Positions 61,312-64,000 of a stretch of 64,000 nt of DNA are shown here, piece after piece (positions within the stretch are counted from its first letter, which is position 1; the number at the start of each line of letters is the position of its first letter). The stretch is taken from positions 6,946 to 70,945 of IMG/VR virus record IMGVR_UViG_3300027708_002199, one strand, 5' to 3'. The translations under genes were made by a program, and so were the position numbers. The notes beneath the pieces are model-generated. The model ran no database searches and was not told where the DNA came from. It worked only from the letters and a program-made list of their open reading frames with translations. Origin of the DNA: a virus.

Positions 61312-61340
61312 AGATTAACCAAATAAAAATTATAAGTCAA
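61312..61340 (-). promoter_or_regulatory. Sigma70-type promoter for DNA polymerase
   Basis: minus strand TTGACT-17 nt-TAATCT immediately after upstream terminator. Confidence 0.6.
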
Positions 61341-61342
61341 AT

Positions 61343-61371
61343 AAAAAACCCCACTCTTTTAAAGTGGGGTT
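61343..61371 (-). terminator. Intrinsic terminator
   Basis: minus strand aaccccact-loop-agtggggtt followed by T run. Confidence 0.75.
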
Positions 61372-61388
61372 ATTGTATTTTTTTGTTC

Positions 61389-61718
61389 TTATACTTTTGG
61401 AGGAAGTAATGAAATTACTTCGTTAACAAAATCATCTAAAAGTGTAACATTGATTTGGTCGTACTTAACTGAAAAAGATGTTTCTTCCTTTCTGTCTTCA
61501 GTTCCAACTCCTAAATATCTAACGTCACTACCTTCAAAAATGTGAATTACGTGGTAGTTTGTTAATGTAACACCTGTCGATGGTAAAAATGTTTTTATGT
61601 GGTCAACGAAAGCTGTAAGGCTAGTTAACTCAGATGATTGAATTTTTCCATTATTATCATTCCCAATAATTTGAGTTTCTCCATAACCAAAAATGTGTAT
61701 TGTTGAAAATTGTTTCAT
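61389..61718 (-). CDS. Hypothetical protein
   Basis: 109 aa ORF with A-rich leader and downstream terminator; internal IHIF repeat. Confidence 0.7.
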   Translation of the reverse strand: MKQFSTIHIFGYGETQIIGNDNNGKIQSSELTSLTAFVDHIKTFLPSTGVTLTNYHVIHIFEGSDVRYLGVGTEDRKEETSFSVKYDQINVTLLDDFVNEVISLLPPKV

Positions 61719-61859
61719 AGTTTTTTTATTTATAAAAAATATTGTTATCTTGTTTATTAGTAAATATTGAACAAGTCATATTTGAGGTAATAAAATAACC
61801 AACAATTATCAAGACATCATTTATGTTAGATAAATTAAAATTTAAAATGAATATTATTA

Positions 61860-62125
61860 TGGTGTTATTGAAATTGTCGGAGTTTAAGTCGGAGTTTTAG
61901 TTGGGGTTGGGGTTTGAGTTGGAGTTTTAGTCGGAGTTGGAGTTTTAGTTGGGGTTTTAGTTGGAGTTTGAGTATTAGTTGGAGTAACTGTAGGTGTGAT
62001 AGTTGGGGTTGGGGTTTTAGTTGGGGTTTGAGTTGGTGTTGGGGTTTTAGTTGGGGTTTGAGTATTAGTTGGTGTAAGTGAAGGTGTTAGTGAAGGTGTT
62101 GGTGTTGGAGTTTTAGTTGGTGTGA
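61860..62125. repeat. Thr/Pro coding low-complexity repeat
   Basis: recurrent ggggttttagtt / ggagttttagtt units. Confidence 0.9.
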
Positions 62126-62552
62126 TAGCAGGTGCTTTACAACATGGCCTATCAATAATATAAGGGTCATTAGATGGGTAAAAATTGAAATTTAAACTAA
62201 AACTACTTAAAACACTTACATAAATTTTTTGAGGTAATGGTATAATAACAATACCCTGAGATGATTGTTTTAAAAACTGAACTAAAAACTTACCCTCATT
62301 TTTTGTTTCTCGACTTGTGAATTGATAGTTCACATAATAAGTAATATCTAAAGGATTAACTGTAGATGCACTTGTTGTAATATAACATTCTTTAGATGCT
62401 ACAATATATTTATTTTTAATCTCATCATATACTGAAATTAAAATTGTATTACCCGAAATATTTTCATTTAAACCAAAATCACTTCTTCCATTTTTTGATA
62501 TCTCAATTTGGAAAATTGGTAACGTTGAATTTTTCTTAATAAACCATTCCAT
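61884..62552 (-). CDS. Putative virion protein (BppU-N-like beta domain) ending in Thr/Pro repeat, possibly truncated
   Basis: [12 protein letters not shown] start at 62552 paralogous to upstream gene; C-terminal (TPTK/Q)n repeat stopped by TAA inside the repeat. Confidence 0.6.
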   Translation of the reverse strand: MEWFIKKNSTLPIFQIEISKNGRSDFGLNENISGNTILISVYDEIKNKYIVASKECYITTSASTVNPLDITYYVNYQFTSRETKNEGKFLVQFLKQSSQGIVIIPLPQKIYVSVLSSFSLNFNFYPSNDPYIIDRPCCKAPAITPTKTPTPTPSLTPSLTPTNTQTPTKTPTPTQTPTKTPTPTITPTVTPTNTQTPTKTPTKTPTPTKTPTQTPTPTKTPT

Positions 62553-62553
62553 A

Positions 62554-62922
62554 TTAAATAGATACGTGACTATCACCAATTTTTATTGTAAGTTTTTCTC
62601 TGATTGGTAAAATATAAGTTCCTGTATCAGTAATAAAAACAAACTCTCCTTCATAAAGTCCTTCTCTATTTGTATCTATTGAAGTGAATTTATAATAAAC
62701 ATAGTATTCTGTCTCAGCATTTGGGTCAATAAATGTCTTTTCAACAAACCCCCCTTTCATATTTAGAATCTTATATCCTCCTGTCTTAACATCTATCATG
62801 GAAAAATAAATCAACGAATTTTCAATCAGTGACATAAACTCTGTTATGTCAACAATACCATCTTTAACCACTTGCATTTTAAGAACAGGTAGTGTTGCTC
62901 CTTTGTTAATAAAAAATTCCAT
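62554..62922 (-). CDS. Small putative virion protein (BppU-N-like beta domain)
   Basis: [12 protein letters not shown]...[22 protein letters not shown]...ILP; paralogue of downstream gene N-terminus. Confidence 0.6.
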   Translation of the reverse strand: MEFFINKGATLPVLKMQVVKDGIVDITEFMSLIENSLIYFSMIDVKTGGYKILNMKGGFVEKTFIDPNAETEYYVYYKFTSIDTNREGLYEGEFVFITDTGTYILPIREKLTIKIGDSHVSI

Positions 62923-63008
62923 AGATACTTTTTTTATAAATATCTAACTTAATATTAATTAGAATTATAAAAGTGAAACTTTTTTAAATTATGTGATATT
63001 TATAATAT

Positions 63009-63164
63009 ATGGGTAGAAAAATGAAACTTAAAGAAGACCGAAAAGTTAAATTCGGAATCAGTTTAGACCGAGAATTATTTGATAGGATGGTTAAAGATAA
63101 AACTAATAAATCATCTTTAATAAACAAATTATTAAAAGAACACTATGGAAAAAAAGATATGTAG
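63009..63164 (+). CDS. Small ribbon-helix-helix-like protein (51 aa)
   Basis: Not in ORF track. MGRKMKLKEDRKVKFGISLDRELFDRMVKDKTNKSSLINKLLKEHYGKKDM*; TATTTAT 5 nt upstream; overlaps HNH start by 20 nt. Confidence 0.75.
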   Translation: MGRKMKLKEDRKVKFGISLDRELFDRMVKDKTNKSSLINKLLKEHYGKKDM

Positions 63165-63732
63165 TAAATGTAATATTGAAAAAGAAGTTTGTGAGTACAA
63201 TAAACGAAAAATATCAAAAGATGGGTATAGAAATTATTGTAAACTTTGTCATTTAGAATACTCTCAAAAATATGTTACTGAAAATTTTGATAAATATAAA
63301 AATTACCAAGATGTTTATCACTCAAATAACGTAGAAAATCATAGAAAAAAAAGTTCAGAATATTATCAAAACAATAAAGAAAAAGTACACAAATATCTTA
63401 AGTACAAATATGACACAGATGAAATCTTTAAATTAAAAGTAACTGTAAGAACTAGAATTAATGTTTTTTTAAGAAAAAAAAATATAACAAAAAAAAATAA
63501 AACTTTTAATTTAGTAGGTTGTTCACCAAAATTTTTAAAAGAGTATATTGAAAAACAATTTACTGAAGGTATGTGTTGGGAGTTGTTTGGAGCTCACATA
63601 CATATTGACCACATAATACCATTGTCGTCAGCAAAATCTGAAGATGAAATTTATCAACTTTGTCATTATACCAACTTACAACCACTTTGGGCTAAAGATA
63701 ATTTAATTAAAAGTAATAAAATAATTAATTAA
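63145..63732 (+). CDS. HNH-type endonuclease with N-terminal zinc ribbon
   Basis: CSKC...CKLC; HIDHIIPLS...CHYTNLQPLWAKDNLIK. Confidence 0.85.
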   Translation: MEKKICSKCNIEKEVCEYNKRKISKDGYRNYCKLCHLEYSQKYVTENFDKYKNYQDVYHSNNVENHRKKSSEYYQNNKEKVHKYLKYKYDTDEIFKLKVTVRTRINVFLRKKNITKKNKTFNLVGCSPKFLKEYIEKQFTEGMCWELFGAHIHIDHIIPLSSAKSEDEIYQLCHYTNLQPLWAKDNLIKSNKIIN

Positions 63733-64000
63733 TTTTCTCTTCTTAACGAACCATCGTAATGATGGAATCTATCGTGTTCAACAGGAGTTAATAACAATAA
63801 TCCAGGTTTAATTTTTTCTTTAATTGTTTCTTGATAAATGTGAGACATCCAAGTATTTTCAAATGGGTGTTGGAATCTCGTATCTTGAAACATTTTACGA
63901 TTACCTTCTTTGGTTATAAAATGTGTCCAATTAGAATAATAAATGTTACCTGTGACGTATGGTAATCCTTTATGTGATTTAATATTTTTAAATTCTGTTA
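63729..64000 (-). CDS. 3' end of a gene entering from the right edge (possibly glycosyltransferase-like)
   Basis: Open frame ...TEFKNIKSHKGLPYVTGNIYYSNWTHF...HPFENTWMSHIY...EHDRFHHYDGSLRREN*; function is a weak guess. Confidence 0.6.
   Translation of the reverse strand, partial: TEFKNIKSHKGLPYVTGNIYYSNWTHFITKEGNRKMFQDTRFQHPFENTWMSHIYQETIKEKIKPGLLLLTPVEHDRFHHYDGSLRREN

Noticed and set aside
1-64000. Stop-codon reassignment
   Set aside because: Code 11 gives full-length genes and high coding density; TAA, TGA and TAG all appear as stops
1-64000. Eukaryotic giant virus or bacterial contractile injection system
   Set aside because: Eukaryote-like RNR, SNF2 and PolB co-occur with sheath, tube, baseplate, neck genes and a gp32-like SSB, which together fit a tailed phage
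1-64000. tRNA, rRNA or large ncRNA genes
   Set aside because: Intergenic gaps are short and AT-rich; no cloverleaf seen by eye (tRNAscan/Infernal not run)

Overview
AT-rich, gene-dense 64 kb segment of a large contractile-tailed (myovirus/jumbo-type) bacteriophage genome, standard genetic code, mostly minus strand. Left to right: tail-fibre/adhesin-like genes (including a >=942 aa repeat protein missing from the ORF track, and a SprB-repeat protein); baseplate wedge genes (gp7/I-like, gp6/J-like, gp25-like); a replication/nucleotide block (flavodoxin-fold protein, nrdA, nrdB, GIY-YIG endonuclease, DnaB-like helicase, 5'-3' exonuclease, RecA/UvsX-like, gp32-like SSB); hub, LysM, tube-initiator-like, tape measure, tail chaperone, tube, HAD-like and sheath genes; neck genes interleaved with a SNF2 helicase and a superoxide dismutase fusion; family B DNA polymerase; and an RHH+HNH cassette. 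SD-less A-rich leaders and SprB repeats suggest a Bacteroidota host (inference). Best leads: a probable programmed +1/-2 frameshift in the tail chaperone, a Mn-type SOD fused to a PD-(D/E)XK-like domain, a TATTTAT motif in front of ~18 genes, and possible protease-cleavable (L/I/V)xE leaders hinting at virion-packaged redox enzymes. All protein calls come from motif recognition and synteny by eye; no database searches were run.
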